From assembly GCA_043228905.1 (NCBI GenBank), contig JBHGNT010000016.1, positions 9,610,001-9,674,000 on the forward strand: a DNA stretch of 64,000 nucleotides. The letters run 5' to 3'. Positions 23,043 to 34,654 of the stretch are shown one piece after another (the first letter of the stretch is position 1; every line of letters starts with the position of its first letter). A program made the translations under genes and the position numbers. Origin of the DNA: Azolla caroliniana. Its lineage: Eukaryota; Plantae; Polypodiophyta. Under the pieces are notes generated by a model that worked only from the letters and a program-made list of their open reading frames with translations, did not search any database and had not been told where the DNA came from.

Positions 23043-23400
23043 TGTTGTCTGTGGGCCAATTTTTGTATATTAAGTGTAAAATGAATCTGAAGGTAGGAAA
23101 AGTAGGTGAAGGCAACCGTAATACATACAGTCGAATGAACACAACCGCAATACGTGCAACCAAAAACGATGGAAGACTGAAGCACGTTGAGCGGGGAAAG
23201 GAAAAGCTATAAAATGTGGAGGAGAAATAAAAGGAAGGGGGAGCGAACAGAGGAGAGAGGAAGCGCCCTAACTAGAATAGGATACGATAAGCATCTTATT
23301 ATACTTTTGTTGTAACTTCGGTTGTAAGCCGTGTATCATTGTTCCTCCACTTGTAATATAAATATATATGGTTTTGGGTCTATTCTGTTCTGTGTTACGG
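23043..23400 (+). repeat. 3' LTR of B, left part
   Basis: Homologous to 3621-3996; continues at 30419. Confidence 0.9.
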
Positions 23401-25016
23401 TGTCGTAGTGTAGGTTGCACACTATGTGGAAATTATATTTTTGTCCCTCCAGATAGAGAATGGAGTGCTCGGTGAGAACCGGAAGAAAACGGCATACCGG
23501 CAAGGAAGAGCCGAATAAAGAGACATAAATGTAAAAAAAGAAGAAGGAAATACTCACTACTGCACAAGGCATGATTCGAACTCTGCACCTCCACGTTGAC
23601 AAACCCCAACCTTACCATTACATTAACTTATCTTAAGTGTTTTAAATATAGATTTAATACGTATAAGACCTTTATTTATGCATACCTTTATTAAAAGGTA
23701 AATCGTGTATTTTTTTTTAATATATGAAAAAGAAAAAACACGAGACACTAAAAATAACTAATGCACATCTAGCGTGCATGAGCCCTATCCTTAGGAAATA
23801 AAAAAGCATCGCATGCACATTTAGTGGACATGAACACTTTTTTGTAAAAAAAAGCATGAAGCCATGCTTAGCTCTTCCTTCCTTATATAAGGAGGAGAGA
23901 AATATATAAAGGGTTGTTGATTATTTGGATTAAGTATTAATCAATACAAAAATTATTCGTGGGATTCACGATTTATACATCTACTTCTCTCTTAACACCC
24001 TAAGTACCAATTAATATAGTATACTCGTGTGATTCATGAGTTTCTTATCTTTCTCTTTGCTATTTACTCATAATTAATCTCTATCTCACGAACTTCTTTC
24101 TCCTAGTCCAAGACCTCTGTGGTTCCCACCCGACTCACGCAACGATCCGGAGCCGAAAGGCACGACACAGTTGGTGAACCCGACGTTGTCGTAGTGTATT
24201 TCGTACACTACGTGAAAAAGTAAAAATAATATAACCGATTTAATTACATATATATAAATAAAATAAGAATATTAAGATATTTATCACCAATAAATAAAAT
24301 AAGAATATCAACATATTTATCACGTGCATAGGGCAAGATTTGAACCTTGCACCTCCACGTAGCCAAACCTCAACTTTACCATTATGCTACCTTATCTTTA
24401 GTGTTCTATAAATAGATTTAATAACTATAATTGCTTTATTTGCGCCTACCTTTATTAAAAGGTAAATCATGCATTTTTAGAGTGCGTGAATATTTTATAG
24501 AAAAACGCAAGCAACTAAAAAGTGACTCATGCACATCTAGCGTGCATTAGCACTATATTTAGCAAATAAAAGCAAGGATTAGAAAAGCATCACATGCACA
24601 TTTAGTGTGCATGAACATATTAGAAAAAAAAGCATGTAGCTATGCTTAGTCTCTCCCATCACTACATAAGGATGGGGAGCACAATGTAATAGGTGTGTGA
24701 AATATTTGGAAATTGGATATATTTCCGAAAACACCAACCAATTAATATAATCGTGGGATTCACGAAAATAATATAATCTATACTTGTGGGATTCACAAGT
24801 TTCTTATATCTTTCTTTCAATCTAAATACATATTCTTATCTAAATATTGATTAATCGAATACAATACACTCGTGGGATTCACGAAATTTCTATCTCTCTT
24901 TCTAATAATCTATTGATTACTAGCCTCATCTCATGTTCTTCTTTCTCCTAGTCCAAAACCTCGGCGGTTCCCACCCGACTCACGCAACGATCCGGAGCCG
25001 AAAGGTACGACACAGT

Positions 25017-25034
25017 TGGTGAACCCGACGTGAA
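25017..25034 (+). promoter_or_regulatory. PBS of D2, complementary to tRNA-Trp
   Basis: TGGTGAACCCGACGTGAA, the 18-nt complement of recalled plant tRNA-Trp end TTCACGTCGGGTTCACCA. Confidence 0.85.
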
Positions 25035-25050
25035 GGCGGGTGGCAAGGAG

Positions 25051-26954
25051 ATGGAGAATCAACAAGAGGCAATGAGCATAACGATGATGATGATGTTCGA
25101 GCGGATGCTACAAGAACAACGAGTGATGTCGGAGATCACGGGGGCAGTAAAGCGGCTCGTACAACGAAACGGACAATTCAACGGAAACGATGTGTCACGC
25201 TATCTACGTGACTACAATGCGGAGATGATACGATGTGGGATACCGGAAGGATTGCAAGTGACATCCTTCAATCGGGTGGCCACGGATGAGCTACAAGAGA
25301 GAATCCACAAGATACGGCAACAAAATTCGACATGGGGGTCATTCGAAGAAGCTTTACGAGAGGCATATGATTACAAGAGATCAAAGGGACAAGATCGGCG
25401 AAAATTCGACGAATGGGTGGCATCGGAGAAGACCCACCGAAGTGCAACACAAGCATTTCTAGAGTTCGAGCATCGTCTTACTCAACTCTCGGAGCGGGAA
25501 CAACGATTGGTGGGAGAGGATAAAGTCCTAATGTTCGTAAAATCGATCGATCGAAAAGAAAGGATGGACATCGGGATCGAACTCGAAGACGATGACGGTA
25601 CGAATGGTCTTACCGAAAATTGGGCCGAAGTCCAAAGGGTATGCCGGAGACATGATGAGAGGAAGATGAGAATCTTGTCAACGACATGGCCGATGAAGGA
25701 TGGTCGATTGAAGACAAACGATGGAGCCGATATGAAGGCCGAAATACAACATGATGGTGCGACGGAAGAGGGTGTAAAACAAGCTACCCTCTTGTCTTGC
25801 GAAAGAACAACGACGAAGGATAAGGCCGATAACCCAAGTGTAGAAGAAGATTTCAGAATACAAGTGTCCGAAACATCGGGTGAAAAAGGGGTAAGCATAA
25901 TTGATGCAGCGAAAGAGAGCAAGGAGGACTTGATTGAGGAGGTCACCATGAAAGATGACATCGAATCGAAGGTGGCTATGGACGAATCAATGGCGGATGG
26001 CCATATCGAGACTTCCCCACCACTGATTCTAGAGACTCCGGCGGTTGCGTTCGAAAGGCAACGTGAGACCGAAGAGACGGAAGGTGGCGGAGAGAAAACA
26101 AAGGTCAAAGCCGATGCATACGAAGGAGAGATAGCCAAGGAGGTGGCTATGGGTGAAACAACGGAGGACGATAATACCGTGGATTCCTGTCCACTAATTC
26201 TAGAGACTTCGGCGGTTGTATTCGAAAACCAACGTGAGACCGAAGAGACAGGAGGTGGCGGCAAGAAAGGTAAAGTCGGAAACGGTTCGGATGGAAGGTG
26301 ATCCGGACAGGATTCCGATCCGAAAGAAAGCCGAACCGGGTAAAAGAGGATTCGACCGAAAGTCGACCTGAAAGAAAGCCGAACCGAAAGGAAGAGAATT
26401 CGGCCGAAAGACGACACAAACGAGACCGATCCGGAAAGAAGCTAATCCGACTCTACTGGAGGTTGGACCGGTCGAGGCTGGTGAAAACGAGGAAAAGAAA
26501 GCCAACCAAAACCGAAATCGATAGATCGAAACCGGGCCGGAAGGAGATCAACTCAATCGAAACCGAACAACCGATTCCGATTCGGCCGAATACGAATCCG
26601 ATCGGAAGCCGATCAAACCGAAAGTTGATCGAACGAGAGCGATCCGGAAAAAAGTCAAGGTTGATGAAGACAAGAAAGAGGCCAGTAAAAGACACTACCA
26701 CGAATGACAAGGGCCAAGAATATGACGAGAGAGAACAAAGAATATGGTGGATCGGATGGCGACAATGGTTCGGGTGGAAAGAATGGGTCTACTCAAAATG
26801 GAGAGACAAAGTTGACATAGCGGGACAAACGGAGGATGAAGGGGAGACAACGAGCATCGGCAACTTTGGCACATACCGGAGGATGTGCGGGTTCGGAGGG
26901 GGCGAGTGTCGTAGTGTATTTCGTACACTACGTGAAAAAGTAAAAATAATATAA
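25051..26954 (+). pseudogene. gag: gag-like ORF of D2, frameshifted near 26283
   Basis: FNGNDVSRYLRDY capsid-like N-terminus; 1-nt deletion relative to D1 splits it into 423 + 218 aa frames. Confidence 0.75.
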
Positions 26955-27755
26955 CCGATTTAATTACATATAAATAAATAAAATAAGAATATTAAGATAT
27001 TTATCACCAATAAAGAAAATAAGAATATCAACATATTTATCACGTGCATAGGGCAAGATTTGAACCTTGCACCTCCACGTAGCCAAACCTCAACTTTACC
27101 ATTATGCTACCTTATCTTTAGTGTTCTATAAATAGATTTAATAACTATAATTGCTTTATTTGCGCCTACCTTTATTAAAAGGTAAATCATGCATTTTTAG
27201 AGTGCGTGAATATTTTATAGAAAAACGCAAGCAACTAAAAAGTGACTCATGCACATCTAGCGTGCATGAGCACTATATTTAGCAAATAAAAGCAAGGATT
27301 AGAAAAGCATCACATGCACATTTAGTGTGCATGAACATATTAGAAAAAAAAGCATGTAGCTATGCTTAGTCTCTCCCATCACTACATGAGGATGGGGAGC
27401 ACAATGTAATAGGTGTGTGAAATATTTGGAAATTGGATATATTTCCGAAAACACCAACCAATTAATATAATCGTGGGATTCACGAAAATAATATAATCTA
27501 TACTTGTGGGATTCACAAGTTTCTTATATCTTTCTTTCAATCTAAATACATATTCTTATCTAAATATTGATTAATCGAATACAATACACTCATGGGATTC
27601 ACGAAATTTCTATCTCTCTTTCTAATAATCTATTCATTACTAGCCTCATCTCATATTCTTCTTTCTCCTAGTCCAAAACCTCGGCGGTTCCCACCCGACT
27701 CACACAACGATCCGGAGCCAAAAGGCACGACAACGTGAAGGCGGGTGGCAAGGAG

Positions 27756-29708
27756 ATGGAGAATCAACAAGAGGCAATGAGCATAATGATGATGATGATG
27801 TTCGAGCGGATGCTACAAGAACAACGAGCGATGTCGGAGATCACGGGGGCAGTAAAGCGGCTCGTACAACGAAACGGACAATTCAACGAAAACGATGTGT
27901 CACGCTATCTACGTGACTACAAGGCGGAGATGATACGATGTGGGATACCGGAAGGATTGCAAGTGACATCCTTCAATCGGGTGGCCACGGATGAGTTACA
28001 AGAAAGAATCTACAAGATACGGCAACAAAATCCAACATGGGGGTCCTTCGAAGAAGCTTTACGAGAGGCATATGATTACAAGAGATCGAAGGGAAAAGAT
28101 CGGCGAGAATTCGACGAATGGGTGGCATCGGAGAAGACCCACCGAAGTGCAACACAAGCATTCCTAGAGTTCGAGCATCGTCTTGCTCGTCTCTCGGAGC
28201 GGGAACAACGATTGGTGGGGGAGGATAAAGTTCTAATGTTCGTAAAATCGATCGATCGAAAAGAAAGGATGGACATCGGGATCGAACTCGAAGATGATGA
28301 CGGTGCGAACGGTCTTACCGAGGATTGGGCCAAAGTCGAAAGGGTATGCCGGAGACATGATGAGAGGAAGATGAGAATCTTGTCAACGACATGGCCGATG
28401 AAGGATGGTCGATTGAAGACAAATGATGGAGCCGATATGAAGGCCGAAATACAACATGATGGTGTGACGGAAGAGGGTGTAAAACAAGCTACCCTCTTTT
28501 CTTGCGAAAGAACGACGACCAAGGATAAGGTCGATGACTTGAGAGTGACGAACACCACTTCAAGAACGGAAGAAGGTTTCGGAATACAAGTATCTGAAAC
28601 ATCGGGTGAAAAAGGGGTAAGCATAATTGATGTTTCCATAATTGATGCAGTGAAAGAGAGCAAGGAGGACTTGATTGAGGAGGTCACCAAGAAAGATGAC
28701 ATCGAATCGAAGGTGGCTATGGACGAATCAATGGCGGATGGCCATATCGAGATTTCTCCACCGCTGATTCCAGAGACTCCGGCGGTTGCGTTCGAAAGGC
28801 AACGTGAGACCAAAGAGACGGAAGGTGGCGGAGAGAAAACAAAGGTCGAAGTCGATGCATACGACAGAGAGATAGCTGAGAAGATGGCTATGGGTGAAAC
28901 AATGGAGGATGATAATACCGAGGATTCCTACCTACTAATTCTAGAGACTTCGGCAGTTGTGTCCGAGAACCAACGTGAGACCGGAGAGACGGGAGGTGGC
29001 AGCAAGAAAGGTAAAGTCGGAAGCCGGTTTGGATGGAAGGTGATCCGGACGGGATTCCGATCCGAAAGAAAGCCGACCCGAAAAGGGGTCGACTCGGTCA
29101 AAACCGATCGACCGAGTTTGACTTGGCTGAACGCGAATATGGATGGAAGCCGACCTAGCCGAAAGCCGATTGGACGAGACCGATCCGGAAAGAAGCTAAT
29201 CCGACTCAACCGGAGGTTGGACCGGTCGAGGCTGGTGAAAACGAGGAAAAGAAAGCCAACCGAAACCGGAACCGATAGATCGAAACTGGGCCAGAAGGAG
29301 ATCGACTCAATCGAAACCGAACAACCGATTCCGATTCGGCCGAATACGAATCCGATCGGAAGCCGATCAAACCGAAAGTTGATCGGACGAGAGCGATCCG
29401 GAAAAAAGTCAAGGTTGATGAAGACAAGAAAGAGGCCAGTAAAAGACACTACCACGAATGACAAGGGCCAAGAATATGACGAGAGAGAACAAAGAATATG
29501 GTGGATCGGATGGCGACAATGGTTCGGGTGGAAAGAATGGGTCTACTCAAAATGGAGAGACAAAGTTGACATAGCGGGACAAACGGAGGATGAAGGGGAG
29601 ACAACGAGCATCGGCAACTTCAGCACATACCGGAGGATGTGCGGGTTTGGAGGGGGCGAGTGTCGTAGTGTATTTCGTACACTACGTGAAAAAGTAAAAA
29701 TAATATAA
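27756..29708 (+). CDS. gag: Gag-like protein of D1 (about 650 aa) with acidic repeats, basic region and Trp-rich tail; stop lies inside the 3' LTR
   Basis: Open ORF 27735-29708, ATG at 27756; no PR/RT/INT motifs. Confidence 0.75.
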   Translation: MENQQEAMSIMMMMMFERMLQEQRAMSEITGAVKRLVQRNGQFNENDVSRYLRDYKAEMIRCGIPEGLQVTSFNRVATDELQERIYKIRQQNPTWGSFEEALREAYDYKRSKGKDRREFDEWVASEKTHRSATQAFLEFEHRLARLSEREQRLVGEDKVLMFVKSIDRKERMDIGIELEDDDGANGLTEDWAKVERVCRRHDERKMRILSTTWPMKDGRLKTNDGADMKAEIQHDGVTEEGVKQATLFSCERTTTKDKVDDLRVTNTTSRTEEGFGIQVSETSGEKGVSIIDVSIIDAVKESKEDLIEEVTKKDDIESKVAMDESMADGHIEISPPLIPETPAVAFERQRETKETEGGGEKTKVEVDAYDREIAEKMAMGETMEDDNTEDSYLLILETSAVVSENQRETGETGGGSKKGKVGSRFGWKVIRTGFRSERKPTRKGVDSVKTDRPSLTWLNANMDGSRPSRKPIGRDRSGKKLIRLNRRLDRSRLVKTRKRKPTETGTDRSKLGQKEIDSIETEQPIPIRPNTNPIGSRSNRKLIGRERSGKKSRLMKTRKRPVKDTTTNDKGQEYDEREQRIWWIGWRQWFGWKEWVYSKWRDKVDIAGQTEDEGETTSIGNFSTYRRMCGFGGGECRSVFRTLREKVKII

Positions 29709-30418
29709 CCGATTTAATTACATATAAATAAATAAAATAAGAATATTAAGATATTTATCACCAATAAATAAAATAAGAATATCAAGATATTTATCACGTG
29801 CATAGGGCAAGATTCAAACCTTGTACCTCCACGTAGCCAAACCTCAACTTTACCATGATGCTACCTTATCTTTAGTGGTCTATAAATAGATTTAATAACT
29901 ATAACTGCTTTATTTGCGCCTACCTTTATTAAAAGCTAAATCATGTATATTTAGAGTGCGTGAATATTTTATAGAAAAACGCAAGCAACTAAAAAGTGAC
30001 TCATGCACATCTAGCGTGCATGAGCACTATATTTAGCAAATAAAAGCAAGGATTAGAAAAGCATCACATGCACATTTAGTGTGCATGAACATATTAGAAA
30101 AAAGCATGTAGCTATGCTTAGTCTCTCCCATCACTATATAAGGATGGGGAGCACATTGTAGTTTTTGTTGATTATTTTTCTATAATGATCAATCAATCTA
30201 AAATATTCGTGGGATTCACGAATTTGCTAAAATAATTCTCTCTTACTACCTAAATATTGACTAAATCTACTAAACTCGTGGGATTCACGAGATTCTTATC
30301 TTATAACTCTTTATACCTATTCTTTACTAGCCTTATTTGTGTTTTTCTTTCTCCTAGTCCAAAACCTCGGCGGTTCCCACTCGACTCACGCAACGATCCG
30401 GAGCCAAAAGGCACGACA

Positions 30419-30613
30419 ACGGTCATGCTTAAAAGTTGATTCTTGAATTAAGATCGTGTCCTACGACTAAGTGATGTTGATCATTTCGTTACACGACATT
30501 GATTGCAGAGCAAATCTCGTGCACATTTTGTTTTTTCCACCATGTACCACGACCCCTTGATCCAGTTTCCATAAGGACAATAGAATGCGTTGCTTCGAAA
30601 GAAGGGGACAACA
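30419..30613 (+). repeat. 3' LTR of B, right part
   Basis: Homologous to about 3993-4187, ends GGGGACAACA. Confidence 0.9.
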
Positions 30614-30781
30614 TCAACTTCTTGTTGGACTTGTTCAACAATCTCCCAACTATCGGAAATACCATCTTGTATACGTCGGCTCTCCGATTTCGTGCGTGGT
30701 CTTATGCTTTTTTCAGGTTGATCTATAATCAATTGACTAGACGACATCCATACTCCTTGTTCACCACATATAACAGATGTA

Positions 30782-30794
30782 ACCGGGCGTGCCA
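30782..30794 (-). promoter_or_regulatory. PBS of A (tRNA-Arg TCT type)
   Basis: Minus strand TGGCACGCCCGGT next to the LTR, same as in B. Confidence 0.75.
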
Positions 30795-30802
30795 AAATAT
30801 TG

Positions 30803-31440
30803 TGTTGACCTGCCGATAGCCTACTGCTGTAACAAGCAGACGCAATGGGTCAAACTTTCTATAACCGAACCATTCTATTAAGATGATTGTGGTTGGAAAG
30901 ATGGTGCTTGTCAACTACGATATATTCAGTCACTCAAAATCGTAATAGAAAAATAAACTTATTGTAATCAGAGTACAAACTTGATCAACTATTAGATATA
31001 ATCAAATATATGTAGTAGAGATTGAACTCGAACATACATCACACTAGTCGATATGGAAAATACACAGAATAATAATCGACACAACAAATAACTCTAACTA
31101 CCACACTTATATTAATCAAAATAGTATGATGATGTTATAGTGCTCTCGGTCCCTTTTGATAGGTGATGCAAGAGTCTCTCTTCCAAGATTACACTTACCT
31201 TATACGGCAAGAACTACAACAAAACTGTCCTAACTAACTTACTATATTTTATACTTGGCAAAATACATTATATTAATATCCTTCCTTTTCATATTCTGAT
31301 TCTGTCTTTTTCCTTCATCCCTCCAACTATTGTTTACATTGTCGACTCCGACTCCGAATCTCTTTCACACTTGTTTGAATCTGACCATTTGACTCTTTGA
31401 CTCTAGGTAGCCGACCGGCTAACACCGGTGTCGGTCAACA
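30803..31440 (-). repeat. 5' LTR of element A
   Basis: TGTTGACC...GGTCAACA terminal inverted repeat, adjacent PBS; inserted in E integrase at RRRKAF. Confidence 0.85.
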
Positions 31441-31637
31441 AAGGCTTTCCGTCGACGTTAGTCCTGTTCAAGGTTGCTCAAGCATGTGACCCTCGCTTCC
31501 CCGAGCTCAAGGAGTTGCTCTAATTGTTTCTGTTTGGACTTGGCTTCCGATAATCATTCATTTGTCTAGACTTGCAACCTCGGAACTTGAAATTCCACTG
31601 GCATAATGGCTTCCAATCCGAATGCTAATCAAAACGG

Positions 31638-33027
31638 TGTCGTGATGTTTTCGACACATAGTGTGAAACCACCCTCAAAAGAGAATAAAATAGTGGTCCA
31701 AATAAACTAATTTTTTTAAGTCAACTATAGTAATAAATGAAAGGATAAAAAATTAGAAGAGGTTTTCGAAAGTAGACAAAAATAGAGAAAAAGATGGGAA
31801 AAGAAAAGCTAGCCGTGTATATGAGGAGCAAGGTCAAGTAAAAAGCTCATAATTTCCTCATCAAATGTCCAAATTAGAAAAGAAAAGATGCCTAAGAAAG
31901 CTAACCTAAAGAGCTTGCCAAGAATATCTTGCATGTGAAATTTGAGGTTAGAAAACAGAAATAGTGAGGAAAAGAAAAGTAGACTCATATAGACAAGCTT
32001 TTTTTTAGGGGAAAAAGGCAAGCAATCCTAAACCTATAAATAAGAGACTATTCCAGTGAAGAAGGGGGGGAGGGAGAAGGAACGCAGAAGCTCTACTCAA
32101 TTGGAAAGCGGAAGAAGAGGAATCAACAACATCGAGAGGCATCACCAACAAAGAAAATCCTTCTATAGTCCACTCTCTTCTTTCCTACACCTCTCTTCCC
32201 CCATTCATTTATAAACAATCCTTCATATTCGAATCCAACCCATTGTAACATGATTCTTATATTATAAAAGAATCTATTCTATTGATATAAACTAATGTTT
32301 TCTTTCATCTACTTGTCTTATCTGTAAATCTTGATTGTGGTTATTTGTTATCGTCATTTGTACTTATTTGTTTGTGTGTCTTGTGATAAGGGAGCATTTC
32401 GGGCTTGCCCATGCACCTCTCCTTTCACAAAGGCATTCAAACCTACGTTTCTTATATGTTATTGTCATTTGTGCTTATTTGTTTGTGTGACTTGTGACAA
32501 GGGAGTGTTTCGGGCTTGCCCATGCACCTCTCCTTTCACAAAGGCATTCAAACTTACGTGTCTTGCATGTTAGTGTAAACCTTGCTTGTGTGTTCATGCG
32601 ACTTGTGGCAAGGGAGCGTTTGGGCTTGCCAATGCACCTCTCCTTTCACAAAGGCGTTCGAAATTGTGTCTCCTGTGTGTAAACCTTGCTTGTGTGTTCG
32701 TGTGTTTTGTAACAAGGGAGCGTTTGGGCTTGCCCATGCACCTCTCTTTTCACAAATGCATTCGAAACTCTATCTCTCGTGTGTGTAAGTAAGCCTTTTC
32801 CTTGTGTGCCGTGTGTAAGCCTTCCTCGCGTGCATTCATTTGCCTTGTGACTAGGGGTTGATTCAGGCTTGCCCATGCACATCTCCTTTTCACAAACAAG
32901 TTCGAATACTTGTGCCTTGTTTCTGTAAGCCTTCCTTGTGTTGTGCGTGTAAGCCCTATTTCCTTCCCAGCCATAACCCCGGGGGTTCCACCTCACAATC
33001 CACATATAGTGATGAATTTTCACGACA
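31638..33027 (+). mobile_element. Solo LTR (1390 bp) with D-like termini
   Basis: TGTCGTGA...TCACGACA, 4-bp TSD ACGG; removal restores the E integrase STPF.LAFG; TATA CTATAAATA near 32034. Confidence 0.8.
32370..32910. repeat. Five tandem units of about 110-140 bp inside the solo LTR
   Basis: Recurrent AAGGGAGCGTTTGGGCTTGCCCATGCACCTCTCCTTTCACAAAGGCATTC core. Confidence 0.85.
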
Positions 33028-34654
33028 ACGGGGTCGATTTAATATTGGTTTTGTAAGTCTTGCGATAGGCCCAAAGTGCACTGTGCAATTTCTGATCCCA
33101 ATCGGTTCAATTCTCATTCACGATTCGGCCAGACCGTTCGCCTGGGGGTAATAGGGTGTGCTCTTCTAGTGAATGACGGCGTAGTGATTTGTGAGTTCGT
33201 GGACCAAGTGGTTGATGAAGTAACTCCCTTGGTCACTTAATAATTCGATTGGGCAACCGTATCTACACAAAATGTGTTCATAAACGAATTTCTTCGTGGA
33301 TGCGGTTGTGTTATCTCAGAGAGCTTTAGCTTCGACCCATTTGGTGTAGTAATCGGTCACAACGATGATATAAAGATTTCCTGTTGAGGCCATGGTCGTG
33401 CCTAGTTTGAATGGCCGCACAAAATCCAGACGCCACTTTTGAAAGGGTTCGAGAGGGACAATTGGCTAGTGTGACATCCGGGCTCGTTCCGTTGGCTGGC
33501 CCATTCGCTAGCATATGTCGCACTACTGACAGAACTTTATCACATCCTTTTGAATTGTTCTCCACCAAAGGCAACTCAATCATACTTTTCGGGTAGTTGC
33601 CTTGCTAGCATAATGTTGCCCTACGATGCTAGAATGTGGCTCACAAAGAATCATGTCTTTTTCAAACTATCGAATGGCTCGTCTCTAGATGTCATCTATG
33701 CCCTTATGGTACAAGGTGTCGTGAAGTAGCCAGAATTGTTGGCTTCGGATGGCCAATCACTTCTTTTCATCCAATGACATGTTCATAGGTGGGAGGCCCA
33801 AGGTGAAAAAATGTGTCATGTCCTCTAGCCACTTGGCCTAGGGGTCCTAATTTGGATCATCGTTATGGGCCATGTCGATATGGAAAATGTCCCCATCCAG
33901 GAAGTCGTCGCATACTCCTTCGGCTGGTTCCCCGAACTCTAGTCGACTTATATAGTCAGCAACGGTATGTTGGATGCATGTCCTATGATGGATGTCGAAC
34001 TCGAATTCCTATAACAATAACATCCATCTGGCAAGCAGGCCCGTAAGGGATTGTTTCATGACCATGTATAGGAGGGTCGAGTGATCAACATGAAAAGTGA
34101 ATTTTCGGTCGACTAGATAATGTTGAAACTTGGTTATATTAGAAATCATCTCGAGAGCCTCTCGCTCGGTGATAGAATAATTCTTTTTTGCGGCCGAGAG
34201 TCTCCAACTCATGTAATAGACCGGCTAATACCAATTGGGCGTTGTTAACTACATCAGCCTATTGCTAATTGCGATATCCGAGGCGTCGACAAAAACATGG
34301 AAGGGTTGCGTCCAATCTTGTGGTTGAACGATGGGTTCCTAGGACAACATTATTTTCAAGGAGTTGTGTGCCTTATCCTTAGTAGAGGTCCACCCAAACG
34401 GTGTGCGGTGTACAACCGGATGTAAAGGTGTCGCAAACTTTGCCAGATAGCAGAGAATTTGGCTATGCCACTGAATCTAGCCGAGGACGCGACTTAAGGC
34501 TTTGGTGCGGGCGCGTCTAAGATGGCCTCAACTTTTTAAGGATTGATCGTGATGGCTTAGACAACGAATGGAATCAAACTTACTTTGTAGAGGAAAAAAC
34601 TTTAATTACAATATTTTGGATAAAAAACAAAATTGTCATATAAATTACAATTCA

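Larger units (their letters stand above)
24187..27732 (+). mobile_element. Gag-only LTR element D2 inserted into the PBS of D1
   Basis: 826-bp LTRs 24187-25012 and 26907-27732 (about 10 differences by eye); TSD ACGT (24183-24186 / 27733-27736). Confidence 0.92.
23401..30418 (+). mobile_element. Non-autonomous gag-only LTR element D1 (LTRs 23401-24167 and 29661-30418), inserted in the B 3' LTR and carrying D2
   Basis: TGTCGT...ACGACA ends, 4-bp TSD ACGG, split tRNA-Trp PBS, PPT GGAGGGGGCGAG, no pol. Confidence 0.85.
3621..30613 (+). mobile_element. Old Ty3/Gypsy LTR retrotransposon B (non-chromovirus, Athila/Selgy-like) inserted in the gag region of A; hosts several nested insertions
   Basis: LTRs TGTTG...CAACA at 3621-4187 and 23043-30613 (the latter split by D1); TSD TCAGC (3616-3620) / TCAAC (30614-30618); PBS at 4193. 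Confidence 0.9.
31441..34555 (-). pseudogene. pol: Gypsy remnant E (RT end, RNase H, integrase), split by solo LTR 31638-33027
   Basis: LAFGLEAIMPVEFQVP, STPYYPQANGLAES, NYSITEREAL, HVDHS on the minus strand. Confidence 0.85.

Noticed and set aside
25482-26417. Long antisense ORFs (also 28076-28813, 47784-48575, 11578-12153)
   Set aside because: Shadows of the sense TE ORFs with no independent motifs
31662-32997. Inner TGTGA...TCACA solo LTR boundaries
   Set aside because: No TSD; the wider 31638-33027 boundaries give a TSD and restore the host integrase
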